A DNA stretch of 47,623 nucleotides, taken from the sequence record PQ850630.1; one strand, 5' to 3'. The notes beneath the pieces are model-generated. The model ran no database searches, had not been told where the DNA came from, and saw only the letters and a program-made list of their open reading frames with translations. This DNA is from Escherichia phage TanjaMuster_Bas81. The position numbers and the translations under genes are program-made. Positions 1 to 10,101 of the stretch are shown here, in pieces; within the stretch, counting starts at the first letter, position 1, and each line of letters opens with the position of its first letter.

Positions 1-441
1 ATGGCGAATCCAAATCCAAAACACAAGTTTTCCTCTACAAATCAACCACCTCCGCGCGGCAAGAGCTATCGTACTGTGCTACTTGAGGCATTGCGTGCTG
101 CAAATACGCCGATGAATGAGATTGAATTCGTCACGTACTACATCAATAGAGCAATGACATGTGAAGATGCTCAAGCTACCGGTATGTTGCGGGAAATATT
201 TCTGCGGCTCAATCCAATTCCAAAGCCTGTAGCTCCTCCTGTAGAATTTGATTTCCCAGCTGACGGAACTCCAGTGCAAAAAATGGATGCAATCATCAAG
301 GGCGTCTCCACTGGCGTTGTTCCTGCTGATATCGGCAAGATGATGGCTGACATTATCAAGTCTGGCCTTGATATTCAGGAGATCACCGAACTCGCCGCGA
401 GACTTGAGCGACTGGAGAAATTACTGGAGCAACAACAGTAA
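1..441 (+). CDS. putative terminase small subunit
   Basis: 146-aa ORF directly upstream of the HNH and terminase large subunit genes; call is positional only, no motif recognised. Confidence 0.4.
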   Translation: MANPNPKHKFSSTNQPPPRGKSYRTVLLEALRAANTPMNEIEFVTYYINRAMTCEDAQATGMLREIFLRLNPIPKPVAPPVEFDFPADGTPVQKMDAIIKGVSTGVVPADIGKMMADIIKSGLDIQEITELAARLERLEKLLEQQQ

Positions 442-540
442 CTGATTTATAATAATCAATGCGGCTAGGGGGCACCCGAAAAGCGACTCATCACCGCCTG
501 CCGCATTCACTTCAATGATGCCCTGATGAGGAAGCTATAT

Positions 541-1056
541 ATGCTTACGCAAGCAGAATTAAAACACATCCTTGATTACAATCCTGACACCGGAATTTTT
601 ACATGGAAAAACCCACACAAGCAGGGAAGGGCTAAACCCGGGAAGATAGCAGGAACAATAAAATTATGCGGCACCGTTGGTAGCAAGCGGCTGTATCACT
701 ACATTCATTTTGGAAGGAAGTGGTATAGATCACACAGGCTGGCTTGGCTTTACATGACTGGTAGTTGGCCTGAAAAAGAAATAGACCACATAAACAACAA
801 TACGCTTGATAATCGTTTTGTTAATCTGCGAGAGGCTGACCATCAACAAAATGGTTACAACAAAAAGCTACAGGCAAACAACATGTCAGGGGTTAAGGGT
901 GTGTACTGGGATAAATCAAGATGCAAGTGGATGGCGAGATTAAATATAAATGGCAGGGAGGTTAACATTGGCAGGTTTGCCAACATTGAAGATGCAGTCA
1001 AAAAGATAATGGAAGAAAGAGAGAAACATCACGGGGAGTCTTGTAATCATGGCTAG
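541..1056 (+). CDS. HNH homing endonuclease (HNH motif plus C-terminal AP2-like DNA-binding domain)
   Basis: GIFTW N-terminal motif, HINNN..N..LREADHQQN HNH-like motif, GVKGVYWDKSRCKWMARLNINGREVNIGRF AP2-like segment; GAGGAAG RBS 6 nt before ATG 541 (track ORF begins at 526); sits between terS and terL. Confidence 0.7.
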   Translation: MLTQAELKHILDYNPDTGIFTWKNPHKQGRAKPGKIAGTIKLCGTVGSKRLYHYIHFGRKWYRSHRLAWLYMTGSWPEKEIDHINNNTLDNRFVNLREADHQQNGYNKKLQANNMSGVKGVYWDKSRCKWMARLNINGREVNIGRFANIEDAVKKIMEEREKHHGESCNHG

Positions 1057-2473
1057 AAAAAGACTCTCAAGTGTGGCAATTGAAAAACTTGAACAGGTAG
1101 TAGGTAACTCAACTGCAAAGCCTGAGTCTGCCGTGTTTGGGCTTGTAGATAAGTTACTCCATGATGGCACTCCCAATGTCGTAAAGCGCCTTAAGATGAC
1201 AGCCACTGGGGTATCTGAAACTGATGAAGAACCAACAATATTAATTCCTGAGCGGATGGAACTTATCCTTTACCCACGGCGCTTTAAGGTGTTTTATGGT
1301 GGTAGGGGCAGCTCCAAGAGCCGAACGTGTATATCCTACCTTATCGAAAAGGCAAGGTTCCGCAACAGTCGCGTTGGTTGTTTTCGTGAGATACAGAACT
1401 CAATCAAAGAATCAAGCTATGCAGAGCTGGTCGATGAGATAAACAGGAAGGGCCACACTCAGGAATACCGTTGCGTTGATGGTGAGATAACACACCACTC
1501 AACGAGGTCAAAGTTTGTTTTTCGTGGCCTGTGGCGAAACATAACCGCCATCAAAGGTATGGCTGGTCTTACAGATGTGTTCTGTGAAGAATCCGAGAAT
1601 ATTAGTCAGGTGTCATGGGATACATTAATCCCGACAGTCCGTGCGGCTGGCTCTGAAATTATTATTGTTTTTAACCCAAACAAAGAGACTGACCCCACGT
1701 GGACTAACTTTGTTGAGCCTTACATCGACAAGATGGTAGGTGGCATATATCAGGATGATGATATTGTTGTTGTTAATGTTAACTACGTCCACAACCCGTG
1801 GTTCACTGAAGAACTTAAACAGCACATGAACCAGATGAAGGCAGTGGATTATGATCGCTATCTGTGGGTGTATGAAGGGTTATTCAACAAGCGTTCCGAA
1901 GAAGCCGTGCTTGGCGGGAAATGGCAAACGCTGGACTTCGAGCCATCTCCCGAATGGGGAGGGCCATATTATGGCATTGACTTTGGTTTTTCTCAGGATG
2001 CAACCGCAGCAACAGAATCATATGTAGAAGATTTTGGCGATGGACGCAGAAACCTGTATATCTATCGTGACTTTGCAAAGGTTGGCCTTGAGATAACTGA
2101 CACGCCGGAAGCGATGAGATCAGCATTCCCAAATTCAGAGAAGTACAGATGGTATGGGGATTGCGCAAGGCCTGAAACAATAAGCCATATACGCCGATCT
2201 GGATTCGACATTCATCCGTGCGCAAAATGGCCGGGGAGCATTGAGGACAGTATTACGTGGCTGCGTGGGTGTGACAGGATTTACGTGCACTCAAGATGCA
2301 AGCACGTCATTGAAGAGATGACAATGTACAGCTACAAGGTGGATAAATTAACAGGGAACATACTCCCCGACATAGTTGATAAATACAATCACGCGATTGA
2401 TAGTTTACGCTATGGACTTGGAGACCACATCGTTCAGCGCGGTAGCGGGATGCTAATCCGGCGCAGGCGATAA
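1049..2473 (+). CDS. terminase large subunit
   Basis: 474-aa ORF with Walker A-like GGRGSSKSR near N-terminus and C-terminal nuclease-type acidic residues; typical terL size and position. Confidence 0.85.
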   Translation: MARKRLSSVAIEKLEQVVGNSTAKPESAVFGLVDKLLHDGTPNVVKRLKMTATGVSETDEEPTILIPERMELILYPRRFKVFYGGRGSSKSRTCISYLIEKARFRNSRVGCFREIQNSIKESSYAELVDEINRKGHTQEYRCVDGEITHHSTRSKFVFRGLWRNITAIKGMAGLTDVFCEESENISQVSWDTLIPTVRAAGSEIIIVFNPNKETDPTWTNFVEPYIDKMVGGIYQDDDIVVVNVNYVHNPWFTEELKQHMNQMKAVDYDRYLWVYEGLFNKRSEEAVLGGKWQTLDFEPSPEWGGPYYGIDFGFSQDATAATESYVEDFGDGRRNLYIYRDFAKVGLEITDTPEAMRSAFPNSEKYRWYGDCARPETISHIRRSGFDIHPCAKWPGSIEDSITWLRGCDRIYVHSRCKHVIEEMTMYSYKVDKLTGNILPDIVDKYNHAIDSLRYGLGDHIVQRGSGMLIRRRR

Positions 2474-2500
2474 AAATAAAGCCCTCATCTGAGGGCTTAA
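2474..2500 (-). terminator. intrinsic terminator (hairpin aagccctc/gagggctt followed by T-run on minus strand)
   Basis: perfect 8-bp GC-rich stem at 2479-2498 with 4-nt loop; rev-comp is followed by TTTATTTTT; ends the minus-strand two-gene cassette and lies just after the terL stop. Confidence 0.6.
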
Positions 2501-2694
2501 AGCTCATCTCTCAATCTTGATATATCACTCACAGCGGCATACATGTTAGATTTAACGCGTTCAGACTTTTCATCTCTGCATCTGTCTTTTATTATTGAAA
2601 TTGCAATATTGAAAGCCTCAATCTTTGCCTCCCTTATCGCTTGATTCCTTGGTTTCACTTTCGCCTTCGGTATTTCACGAAGGCATCTCGGCAT
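2497..2694 (-). CDS. hypothetical small charged protein (65 aa)
   Basis: ATG 4 nt downstream of the stop of the upstream minus-strand ORF (possible coupling); helical, charged sequence MPRCLREIPKAKVKPRNQAIREAKIEAF...; same frame as C-terminal part of track ORF 2497..2850. Confidence 0.3.
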   Translation of the reverse strand: MPRCLREIPKAKVKPRNQAIREAKIEAFNIAISIIKDRCRDEKSERVKSNMYAAVSDISRLRDEL

Positions 2695-2698
2695 GTAA

Positions 2699-2854
2699 TT
2701 AGTAGGCATTTGATGGGTAGTAACCTTCTTTGATACCAAGCACCTTGGCGATTGTTGGGCCAACTTTCTGGGCGGTAACGATGCCAAATTTAACGTAATC
2801 AGCACCATAAGTTTCGGCAATGTACGCTTCGCATTCTTTTTTAGTCTCAAACAT
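2699..2854 (-). CDS. hypothetical protein (51 aa)
   Basis: manual translation MFETKKECEAYIAETYGADYVKFGIVTAQKVGPTIAKVLGIKEGYYPSNAY; AAGGA RBS 9 nt upstream; not in track (<60 aa). Confidence 0.4.
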   Translation of the reverse strand: MFETKKECEAYIAETYGADYVKFGIVTAQKVGPTIAKVLGIKEGYYPSNAY

Positions 2855-2955
2855 TTCTTTTGTTCCTTAATCTCTTGTCGATAAGATGATTCTACATCAC
2901 CACTATATCCACTTCAACATTTATTATTATTGTTGATAAACCCGCATCACCACAC

Positions 2956-2987
2956 TTGACCAATCTACACCGAGCGCATAGTATAAT
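2956..2987 (+). promoter_or_regulatory. sigma70-like promoter (-35 TTGACC, -10 TAGTAT/TATAAT) overlapping AATCTACA motif copies
   Basis: TTGACC 2956-2961, 17-nt spacer, TAGTAT 2979-2984 (TATAAT 2982-2987); upstream of gene starting 3016. Confidence 0.5.
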
Positions 2988-3015
2988 CTACATCAGGTTT
3001 ATCGGAGATATCACT

Positions 3016-3222
3016 ATGCGCAGCTATGCAGGATTCACACAGGAGGAAAAAGAGCAGGTTTATTCACTGGCACGGGCTGGTGTGCCTGATGACGTGATTT
3101 GCCGTAGGTATGACATCGACGAGGATTTTCTGCTGCGCGTTATTGATGACGTCTTCGTTAACCTGCAAGAGAAGCGCGGGTACAAGGGTATCTGCTGCAA
3201 GAATGATTTTTTGAGAGGGTGA
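3016..3222 (+). CDS. hypothetical protein
   Basis: ORF with GGAGA RBS 7 nt before ATG 3016 (track ORF extends to 2956 without RBS). Confidence 0.5.
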   Translation: MRSYAGFTQEEKEQVYSLARAGVPDDVICRRYDIDEDFLLRVIDDVFVNLQEKRGYKGICCKNDFLRG

Positions 3223-3223
3223 T

Positions 3224-3631
3224 ATGTTTAATAATAAACTAAAGAAAATAATCCGCGATGCTGCGGATAAGAAATACACCAAAAAGATTGATATATCATT
3301 CATTGACGGCACTGGCCTGTACAATCACGCCTGTCACCTGAATGCGGTAAACCGGGCTAGAGATGGGAGTTCGTGCGCAGTGGTTGAGGTTGTGGTGATT
3401 GATGATAAGTCGGTGAGCGCTCATTACATCAATATGCAGTCAGACGGCACATACATCGACTACACGCTTGGGTGGCACTGGTCAGGTGCCGATTACCGAT
3501 TTGTGCGATATGTTCCGTTTACTGAATGGAGTGATATAACAAGTTCGCTTGAGCGCCTCAAGTCAGAACTTTGTAAGCCAGTCAGCAAATGGATGCGCGC
3601 CTTTATGTTAACTAATAACGAAATGTGTTGA
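3224..3631 (+). CDS. hypothetical protein
   Basis: 135-aa track ORF, tightly packed with neighbours. Confidence 0.55.
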   Translation: MFNNKLKKIIRDAADKKYTKKIDISFIDGTGLYNHACHLNAVNRARDGSSCAVVEVVVIDDKSVSAHYINMQSDGTYIDYTLGWHWSGADYRFVRYVPFTEWSDITSSLERLKSELCKPVSKWMRAFMLTNNEMC

Positions 3632-3639
3632 GGTGATTT

Positions 3640-3807
3640 ATGATTATTGAAGGTAAAATTTTTACTGATTTGTCGGTCAGCGAGATAAAAGAAAAATTTT
3701 CAATGAACATCAACCAGGAAGGCGATGCAATTATCATCGACAAACACCAGGCCGCACAGCTCATCGAAGTCCTGCAGCGTTGGATTAATGGTGAGAAGAT
3801 TGAGTGA
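3640..3807 (+). CDS. hypothetical protein (55 aa)
   Basis: manual translation MIIEGKIFTDLSVSEIKEKF...; GAGGTGA RBS; stop overlaps next ATG (TGATG). Confidence 0.45.
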   Translation: MIIEGKIFTDLSVSEIKEKFSMNINQEGDAIIIDKHQAAQLIEVLQRWINGEKIE

Positions 3808-3995
3808 TGAGCGTTTATTTTATTCATGCTGAAGCCGTGCTGAGTAACGGCTGCGTTGCTGAGAAGATAGGAAGAATCGCAATTGCTGATAGCGCCGTGA
3901 CGGCGTTCGATGGATTCTTTTCTGATGCTACGGTTGCCAAGCTACGAGAGCAAGGTATTGAAGTTGTAATTGATAAATTCGAAAAGGTGGAGTGA
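3807..3995 (+). CDS. hypothetical protein
   Basis: track ORF; ATG at 3807 overlapping upstream stop. Confidence 0.5.
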   Translation: MSVYFIHAEAVLSNGCVAEKIGRIAIADSAVTAFDGFFSDATVAKLREQGIEVVIDKFEKVE

Positions 3996-4156
3996 TGGCA
4001 CTATTCTGGTCGTTCTGGATTCCATTTAACTTTATGTTCTGGTGGGCTATGGCCGCCGGAGTGAATGAACCAAGCATGCTACACTTCATGATCGGTTCAT
4101 TTTTCGCGGTGGTAACTGGTATTGTGCCATGTTTACTGTATCAATATTTCAAATAG
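3995..4156 (+). CDS. small hydrophobic membrane protein (53 aa, two predicted TM segments)
   Basis: manual translation MALFWSFWIPFNFMFWWAMAAG...; strong AAGGTGGAG RBS; TGATG coupling with upstream gene. Confidence 0.45.
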   Translation: MALFWSFWIPFNFMFWWAMAAGVNEPSMLHFMIGSFFAVVTGIVPCLLYQYFK

Positions 4157-4405
4157 AGGTGGGGTAATGACAAGGAAATAGGTTCACGAATATTCTATTG
4201 CAGCCAGGAAGCGCGTCGAAGGTGTATGGACGAATCATGGATTGCGCAGCAATAGAGCTAAATTGTTTGCAAAATGTCACCAAGTAGTAATTGGCGACAG
4301 GATTGAGTGTTACGCGTTTAATCAGTGGATGAAGTCTGGTGTTGTTAATAAGGGATAATTACATCAGCACCGCGAGCATCATAATCAGCATTGCCACCAT
4401 GCTAT

Positions 4406-4435
4406 AATCCCATCCAACGTGATGGGATTTTTTTA
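4406..4435 (+). terminator. intrinsic terminator/attenuator hairpin immediately upstream of portal RBS
   Basis: 9-bp perfect stem aatcccatc/gatgggatt, 6-nt loop, followed by TTTTT; ends a ~250-nt ORF-free stretch. Confidence 0.55.
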
Positions 4436-4442
4436 TTGGTGA

Positions 4443-5858
<1,416 letters not shown>

Positions 5859-5946
5859 CGCAAGACTGCCGCAACCTCGCATATCGCAGAGCCTGACCGA
5901 CCCGTTAGGCGCTGCAACCCGCCTGTCAAAGATGGATAAGGTGATA

Positions 5947-6789
5947 ATGCGCAAATACAGACAACTCAGGACTCGTGCGCTTGAGTTGTTTTGCGCCATT
6001 CCGCATAGTCAGGTTAACGCAGAATCAAGCGGCCTGTATTTCTACGATTTCAGTAGTGCACGTGCTGCCACGTTCATGGATGAATTGCGGGCGCTGATTG
6101 ACGAGATTCTGCTGGAAGGTGACGATTTCGGTCACGGCAAGATGTGGGCTAATGTGTTTATTGGTGATGCGTATCAGGCCGGAACGCAGAAGGCTAACTA
6201 TGAACTATCAAGCCTGTCTCCTGTTTACGCCGAGCAACGACCGATTGCTGCAATACTCTATAGCGAGCCTTATCTTAACCGTCTGCAACTGGCTTATACG
6301 CAGGGATACTCAGACTGGCGCGGATTGAGCGATTATTCCCGACAGCAACTGGCATCAGTCATTATGGAAGGCATTGCCCGTGGTGCTAATCCTCGCGATG
6401 TTGAAGCCGACATCGTTAAGCGTGTCGATGTGTCTCACAGCTACGCTAAGCAGCTGGCGCAGACAGAAATCACCGGTACGCTGCGTCAGGCTAACAGGCG
6501 TGAGGTCATTGAGGCGCGAGAGGAATTGGGTATTGAGACGGTGATGCTGTGGCAATCAGCATTAATGCGCACAACCCGCCAGACTCACGCAGCCAGGCAT
6601 GGACGGTTTTACACGCCAGAAGAGATTGATACGTTCTATAGCGAGAATGGCAACAGATATAATTGCCACTGCGCACAAACTCCGGCACTGGTGATGGATG
6701 GTAAGCCTGTCATTCTTGAGTCATCGCAGGAAAGGCTTAATAAGCAGCGTGAAGCATGGCAATCGGCAAACAAAAAGCCCTCTAAGTGA
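5947..6789 (+). CDS. head morphogenesis protein (Mu F / SPP1 gp7-like minor head protein)
   Basis: follows portal; start chosen at ATG 5947 after AAGGTGA; track ORF extends upstream to 5803 overlapping portal, so start is uncertain. Confidence 0.55.
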   Translation: MRKYRQLRTRALELFCAIPHSQVNAESSGLYFYDFSSARAATFMDELRALIDEILLEGDDFGHGKMWANVFIGDAYQAGTQKANYELSSLSPVYAEQRPIAAILYSEPYLNRLQLAYTQGYSDWRGLSDYSRQQLASVIMEGIARGANPRDVEADIVKRVDVSHSYAKQLAQTEITGTLRQANRREVIEAREELGIETVMLWQSALMRTTRQTHAARHGRFYTPEEIDTFYSENGNRYNCHCAQTPALVMDGKPVILESSQERLNKQREAWQSANKKPSK

Positions 6790-6805
6790 GGGCTTTGGTT
6801 TATCT
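6774..6805. terminator. bidirectional intrinsic terminator
   Basis: stem aaagccctc/gagggcttt 6774-6796 flanked by A-run and T-rich tract; at convergence of plus and minus gene blocks. Confidence 0.6.
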
Positions 6806-6872
6806 TATCAGCATACACAGAACAAATATTATTATCGCATAGCACAATATCTCTGCGACGCTGAATATTGTT

Positions 6873-7481
6873 TTAATCATCCAGTTTCACACCGGGAATT
6901 TTTCCTGCTGCGATTGCGTCATAAATATGTTTAGCAATGTGCTTGATTTGCTCCTTATTGTTGCTAATTAACTGACTAGCTTTTCCTATCTCAGAAATAG
7001 TCTCATCACGCTTCCTTTCTGATTCTGTGCGGAGTGGGCGGAAATTATGCGTGTTTGATTGCAGAGCTACCGGTGTGTTATTGCTCCAACCAAAAACAGC
7101 TTTACCATCAACGGCTACGCACTTAAATCTACACCACTCACTTCCGTGAACCTTGTATTGGTATTCGCACTCACACCCTGCTGGCGGCAGACCTTCTCCG
7201 TTCCATGCTGGCTTTTGAGATTCGGCTAGTGCTGCTTTGTATTGCCAATAGGTCACTATCGACTCCTTGTGGTCGCAAGATAAAGGTACGGCATTAATTC
7301 CATGCCAGTAATACACAAGGCTATTCCCAGTGTGATGTTTCCATGAAAATCCATCATAGTGCGGGTCATTTGTGTCCCATACGCACAGCGAACCGTCATT
7401 ATCTTGAGTAATTGACAGTGCACCATCAGGCCACCCACCACGCTTAGGCAATTCTTGAACTAACAGGTCGATAAGTTTCAT
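6873..7481 (-). CDS. hypothetical protein (Cys/Trp-rich)
   Basis: 202-aa track ORF, last gene of minus-strand cassette. Confidence 0.55.
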   Translation of the reverse strand: MKLIDLLVQELPKRGGWPDGALSITQDNDGSLCVWDTNDPHYDGFSWKHHTGNSLVYYWHGINAVPLSCDHKESIVTYWQYKAALAESQKPAWNGEGLPPAGCECEYQYKVHGSEWCRFKCVAVDGKAVFGWSNNTPVALQSNTHNFRPLRTESERKRDETISEIGKASQLISNNKEQIKHIAKHIYDAIAAGKIPGVKLDD

Positions 7482-7702
7482 TTTGTTTCTCCATCAAAAA
7501 GGATTTCTTTGTATTCATCACTAACTTCATATGCCTTATTTAGTTCGAATACTTCATACGAGTTTTGACCACCTTCTCGCCATGAGAGTTTGTCATTTAG
7601 TTTTGCGGCAACAGCGTCGGCTTCATGCTTGTGTGGATAAACAGCAACGACATTTGATGAGACGCCGCATTCGATGCAACCAACATTAAATACAAGCCAC
7701 AT
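7478..7702 (-). CDS. hypothetical protein
   Basis: 74-aa track ORF, overlaps neighbour by 4 nt. Confidence 0.5.
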   Translation of the reverse strand: MWLVFNVGCIECGVSSNVVAVYPHKHEADAVAAKLNDKLSWREGGQNSYEVFELNKAYEVSDEYKEILFDGETK

Positions 7703-7704
7703 AA

Positions 7705-7968
7705 TTATTCCCCCAGCGCCTTATTAACCGCCTCACGCGCATTATCCAGAGCGCGACGCTTGCTTGATATTGTCCAGACTTTGCCTGAGTGGTCGTCGTA
7801 GATTTCAAGTAGCTGCTGGAGTGCGGCGAGCATGGTCTTGTTATTGTCGTGACGATACCCAACAGAAAACCCAAGCCAAAGCCAGTCCTTTTCTCTATCC
7901 GTCATGCAGCCAAAGTCAACAGAATCGAACCATTTGCTAAATAATTTGTGCACTTCGCGCTGCGTCAT
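7705..7968 (-). CDS. hypothetical protein
   Basis: track ORF; ATG at 7968 preceded by GAGGT RBS. Confidence 0.5.
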   Translation of the reverse strand: MTQREVHKLFSKWFDSVDFGCMTDREKDWLWLGFSVGYRHDNNKTMLAALQQLLEIYDDHSGKVWTISSKRRALDNAREAVNKALGE

Positions 7969-7976
7969 CGCCAACC

Positions 7977-8117
7977 TCACTTAATATATTCCACAATCTC
8001 GCATTCGCGCATCTGCACCAGACCAAATGGCGCGCAGAGTTTGCCGAATTTCATAACTTTAATCTGAGACAAATCGAATGCGGCGGTTTGTCCGGTGGTG
8101 AATTTTATGATTGCCAT
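7977..8117 (-). CDS. hypothetical protein (46 aa)
   Basis: manual translation MAIIKFTTGQTAAFDLSQIKVMKFGKLCAPFGLVQMRECEIVEYIK; GGGAGA RBS; TAATG overlap with upstream gene. Confidence 0.3.
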   Translation of the reverse strand: MAIIKFTTGQTAAFDLSQIKVMKFGKLCAPFGLVQMRECEIVEYIK

Positions 8118-8323
8118 TATTCTATCTCCCTAATTGACCAGCCGGTTTTCTGCCAGTCGTATTCAGATGAGTATCCACACGCCTGAAACCAGTCATCCAT
8201 GTTGTACCCCATCTCGTCTATGATGGCCCCGCATTGCATCTCGAAAAACTCATCACCACAAAACGCCTCATGGACAACTCTACTACCTAGCCGCATTGCC
8301 ATTACCGCCTCTTCGTATGTCAT
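8117..8323 (-). CDS. hypothetical protein
   Basis: 68-aa track ORF. Confidence 0.5.
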   Translation of the reverse strand: MTYEEAVMAMRLGSRVVHEAFCGDEFFEMQCGAIIDEMGYNMDDWFQACGYSSEYDWQKTGWSIREIE

Positions 8324-8385
8324 AAATCACCTCAATTATTTGTGTATCTGAATGATTAAAGCCGTCATGATGACGGCGGCATGGA

Positions 8386-8514
8386 CTAAATTGCAGTCCA
8401 GAGTTTATCAGCCCATGCAAGCATCGCCGACTTAGCCTTACCATCTGGCGCGTCACGCCATGCCTTGCGGATTACTGCGGCGCGACATTTGTTTTTGAGT
8501 GGTTGGTAGGTCAT
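8386..8514 (-). CDS. hypothetical protein (42 aa)
   Basis: manual translation MTYQPLKNKCRAAVIRKAWRDAPDGKAKSAMLAWADKLWTAI; GAGGATGA RBS; first gene of minus cassette. Confidence 0.3.
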   Translation of the reverse strand: MTYQPLKNKCRAAVIRKAWRDAPDGKAKSAMLAWADKLWTAI

Positions 8515-8581
8515 GGTTGTCATCCTCAATTAACATTGCGGAGGTGTTTCCGCTTGATGTAGATACTATGCATCATCACTC

Positions 8582-8610
8582 AATCTACGTCAACATCATT
8601 GTGATAGAAT
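8582..8610 (+). promoter_or_regulatory. extended -10 promoter (TGaTAGAAT) with AATCTACGTCA motif at -35 position, upstream of lysis genes
   Basis: TG 8602-8603, TAGAAT 8605-8610; motif 8582-8592; inverted motif copy at 8555-8565. Confidence 0.5.
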
Positions 8611-8636
8611 TAATCATTATTTGAACAGGAGGCAGA

Positions 8637-9077
8637 ATGAAACTATCGCAACGAGGTAAAAATTTCATCAAGTCATTCGAGGGGCTTGAACTACGCGTTT
8701 ATCCAGACCCAGCAACTGGCGGCGCACCATATACAGCGGGTTACGGTCACACTGGCGGTGACATAAAGCCCGGCATGACGGTAACACAAGCAATGGCTGA
8801 CGCATGGTTTGATAAGGATGTGGAGAAGTTCGAATCCGGCGTATCCGCGCTACTAACTGCGCCAACAACCCAGCCACAATTTGATGCAATGGTGTCTCTG
8901 GCGTACAACATCGGACTAGGTAACTTTGGTAAATCCACACTCCTGAAGAAGCACAATGCTAAATGCTACCAGTGCGCCGCTGGTCAGTTTCCTTTGTGGA
9001 ATCGTGCTAATGGCAAGGTTATGAATGGATTAACGCGGAGGCGTAACGCGGAGCGCGCTATGTATATGGGGCAATGA
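8637..9077 (+). CDS. endolysin (lysozyme, glycoside hydrolase family 24-like)
   Basis: N-terminal KLSQRG.NFIKSFEGL...GYGHTG motif typical of lambdoid R/R21-type lysozymes; AGGAGG RBS. Confidence 0.8.
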   Translation: MKLSQRGKNFIKSFEGLELRVYPDPATGGAPYTAGYGHTGGDIKPGMTVTQAMADAWFDKDVEKFESGVSALLTAPTTQPQFDAMVSLAYNIGLGNFGKSTLLKKHNAKCYQCAAGQFPLWNRANGKVMNGLTRRRNAERAMYMGQ

Positions 9078-9313
9078 AAAAGCTAAGCAACTGGCTGCTC
9101 GGCGTGTGGATTTCGTTCTGCTCGCTGTTGCAGTTATGGCCTGATGCAATGATGCATGTATGGGTAATGATGCCGGATGACCTGAAAGCGGCGCTACCGC
9201 CAATCGTGGTTAAAGGGGTGAGCTACTCAATCATGCTGATTGGCATCCTCGGCAAAATGCACGGCATGAGGAAAGAAAACCGGAGGCTGCGCGATGATGG
9301 CAACTCTCATTAA
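9074..9313 (+). CDS. putative holin (two TM segments, charged C-terminus)
   Basis: 79 aa, hydrophobic LLGVWISFCSLLQLW and VSYSIMLIGILG segments, basic/acidic tail; located between endolysin and Rz. Confidence 0.5.
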   Translation: MKKLSNWLLGVWISFCSLLQLWPDAMMHVWVMMPDDLKAALPPIVVKGVSYSIMLIGILGKMHGMRKENRRLRDDGNSH

Positions 9314-9791
9314 ATACTGGCGACCGCTGGCAATTATTATAATTGTTGCCGCTGGAGCGCTGTGGGTGGCAAATAAGGTATCCAATTATGGTGAACAGCA
9401 ATATGCCGATGGATATGCAAAAGCCATTGCCGAACAGAAGGCCGCAGAAGAACAAGAGGAGCAACGACGCAATGCAGAACTGCAAAAGATTCATGCCGAC
9501 GCACAGCAAAGGATTGACGCTGCGCGTAATGATGCTGTTAATGCTGCTACTAAGTCTGGCAGGTTGCAGCAACAGCTCGCAAATATCCGCAAGCAGCTCG
9601 TCGGATATTCCACCGCTGAGTCCATTGGCAATCCAGCCGCAGAAACCGGAGTTTTGCTTGCCCAATTGCTCTCAGAATCTGTCGAAAGAAATCGACAGCT
9701 GGCAGATTACGCTGACAGGGCCAGAGACGCAGGATTAGCGTGTGAGGCGCAATATAATTCATTGAGAGCGAGAAATGCTAAGCAGAGATAA
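9294..9791 (+). CDS. Rz: Rz-like inner-membrane spanin (i-spanin)
   Basis: N-terminal TM (LAIIIIVAAGALWVA) followed by long coiled-coil region rich in A/Q/E/R; GGAGG RBS; contains embedded +1-frame lipoprotein ORF. Confidence 0.7.
   Translation: MMATLIKYWRPLAIIIIVAAGALWVANKVSNYGEQQYADGYAKAIAEQKAAEEQEEQRRNAELQKIHADAQQRIDAARNDAVNAATKSGRLQQQLANIRKQLVGYSTAESIGNPAAETGVLLAQLLSESVERNRQLADYADRARDAGLACEAQYNSLRARNAKQR
9529..9738 (+). CDS. Rz1: Rz1-like outer-membrane lipoprotein spanin (o-spanin), embedded in Rz
   Basis: +1-frame ORF inside Rz with lipobox LSLAGC then Pro/Ser-rich mature region; start codon uncertain (ATG 9529/9532/9541). Confidence 0.6.
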   Translation: MMLLMLLLSLAGCSNSSQISASSSSDIPPLSPLAIQPQKPEFCLPNCSQNLSKEIDSWQITLTGPETQD

Positions 9792-9921
9792 GCGAAAAGA
9801 ATATGACAAGATGGCTTCTGATGTGGTAAGTGGTCGCGCTGGTTATCAGCCTGCGGTGAAATGCAGGCTAAGCAAATCGCCAAAGAAATGCTATGGAAAA
9901 CCACCTGAATCACTGCGCAAT

Positions 9922-9950
9922 AAAAAACCCCTCAATTGAGGGGTTTTTCT
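9922..9950. terminator. bidirectional intrinsic terminator
   Basis: cccctc/gagggg stem 9928-9943 flanked by A6 and T5 tracts. Confidence 0.75.
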
Positions 9951-9951
9951 T

Positions 9952-10089
9952 ATGAGTCAGCGATTCGCAGTCGCTGACTGCTACCAGAAAACATGTACCG
10001 AAGCTCACGTTGTCGTTACTTATAGCAAAGTAATAGTAGCAATAACCTTTCCCTGCGTCAACTCCATGCGCAATAAAAAAACCCCGTAA
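9952..10089 (+). CDS. candidate small hydrophobic peptide (45 aa)
   Basis: manual translation MSQRFAVADCYQKTCTEAHVVVTYSKVIVAITFPCVNSMRNKKTP; putative SD GAGGGG is buried in terminator stem; flanked by two terminators; speculative. Confidence 0.2.
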   Translation: MSQRFAVADCYQKTCTEAHVVVTYSKVIVAITFPCVNSMRNKKTP

Positions 10090-10099
10090 TGGGGCTTTG
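10074..10099 (-). terminator. intrinsic terminator of minus-strand cassette
   Basis: cccc/gggg stem 10082-10094, rev-comp followed by T7; directly after stop of gene 10102..10308. Confidence 0.6.
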
Positions 10100-10101
10100 T
10101 T

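Noticed and set aside
2497-2850. 117-aa minus-strand track ORF
   Set aside because: Begins with TTG and no RBS; the region is better explained by two shorter ORFs (2699..2854 with RBS, and 2497..2694) in different frames
9821-9949. 43-aa plus-strand ORF (MASDVVSGRAGYQPAVKC...) between Rz and the first terminator
   Set aside because: No Shine-Dalgarno sequence and overlaps the terminator; more likely 3' UTR with a hairpin (9868-9889)
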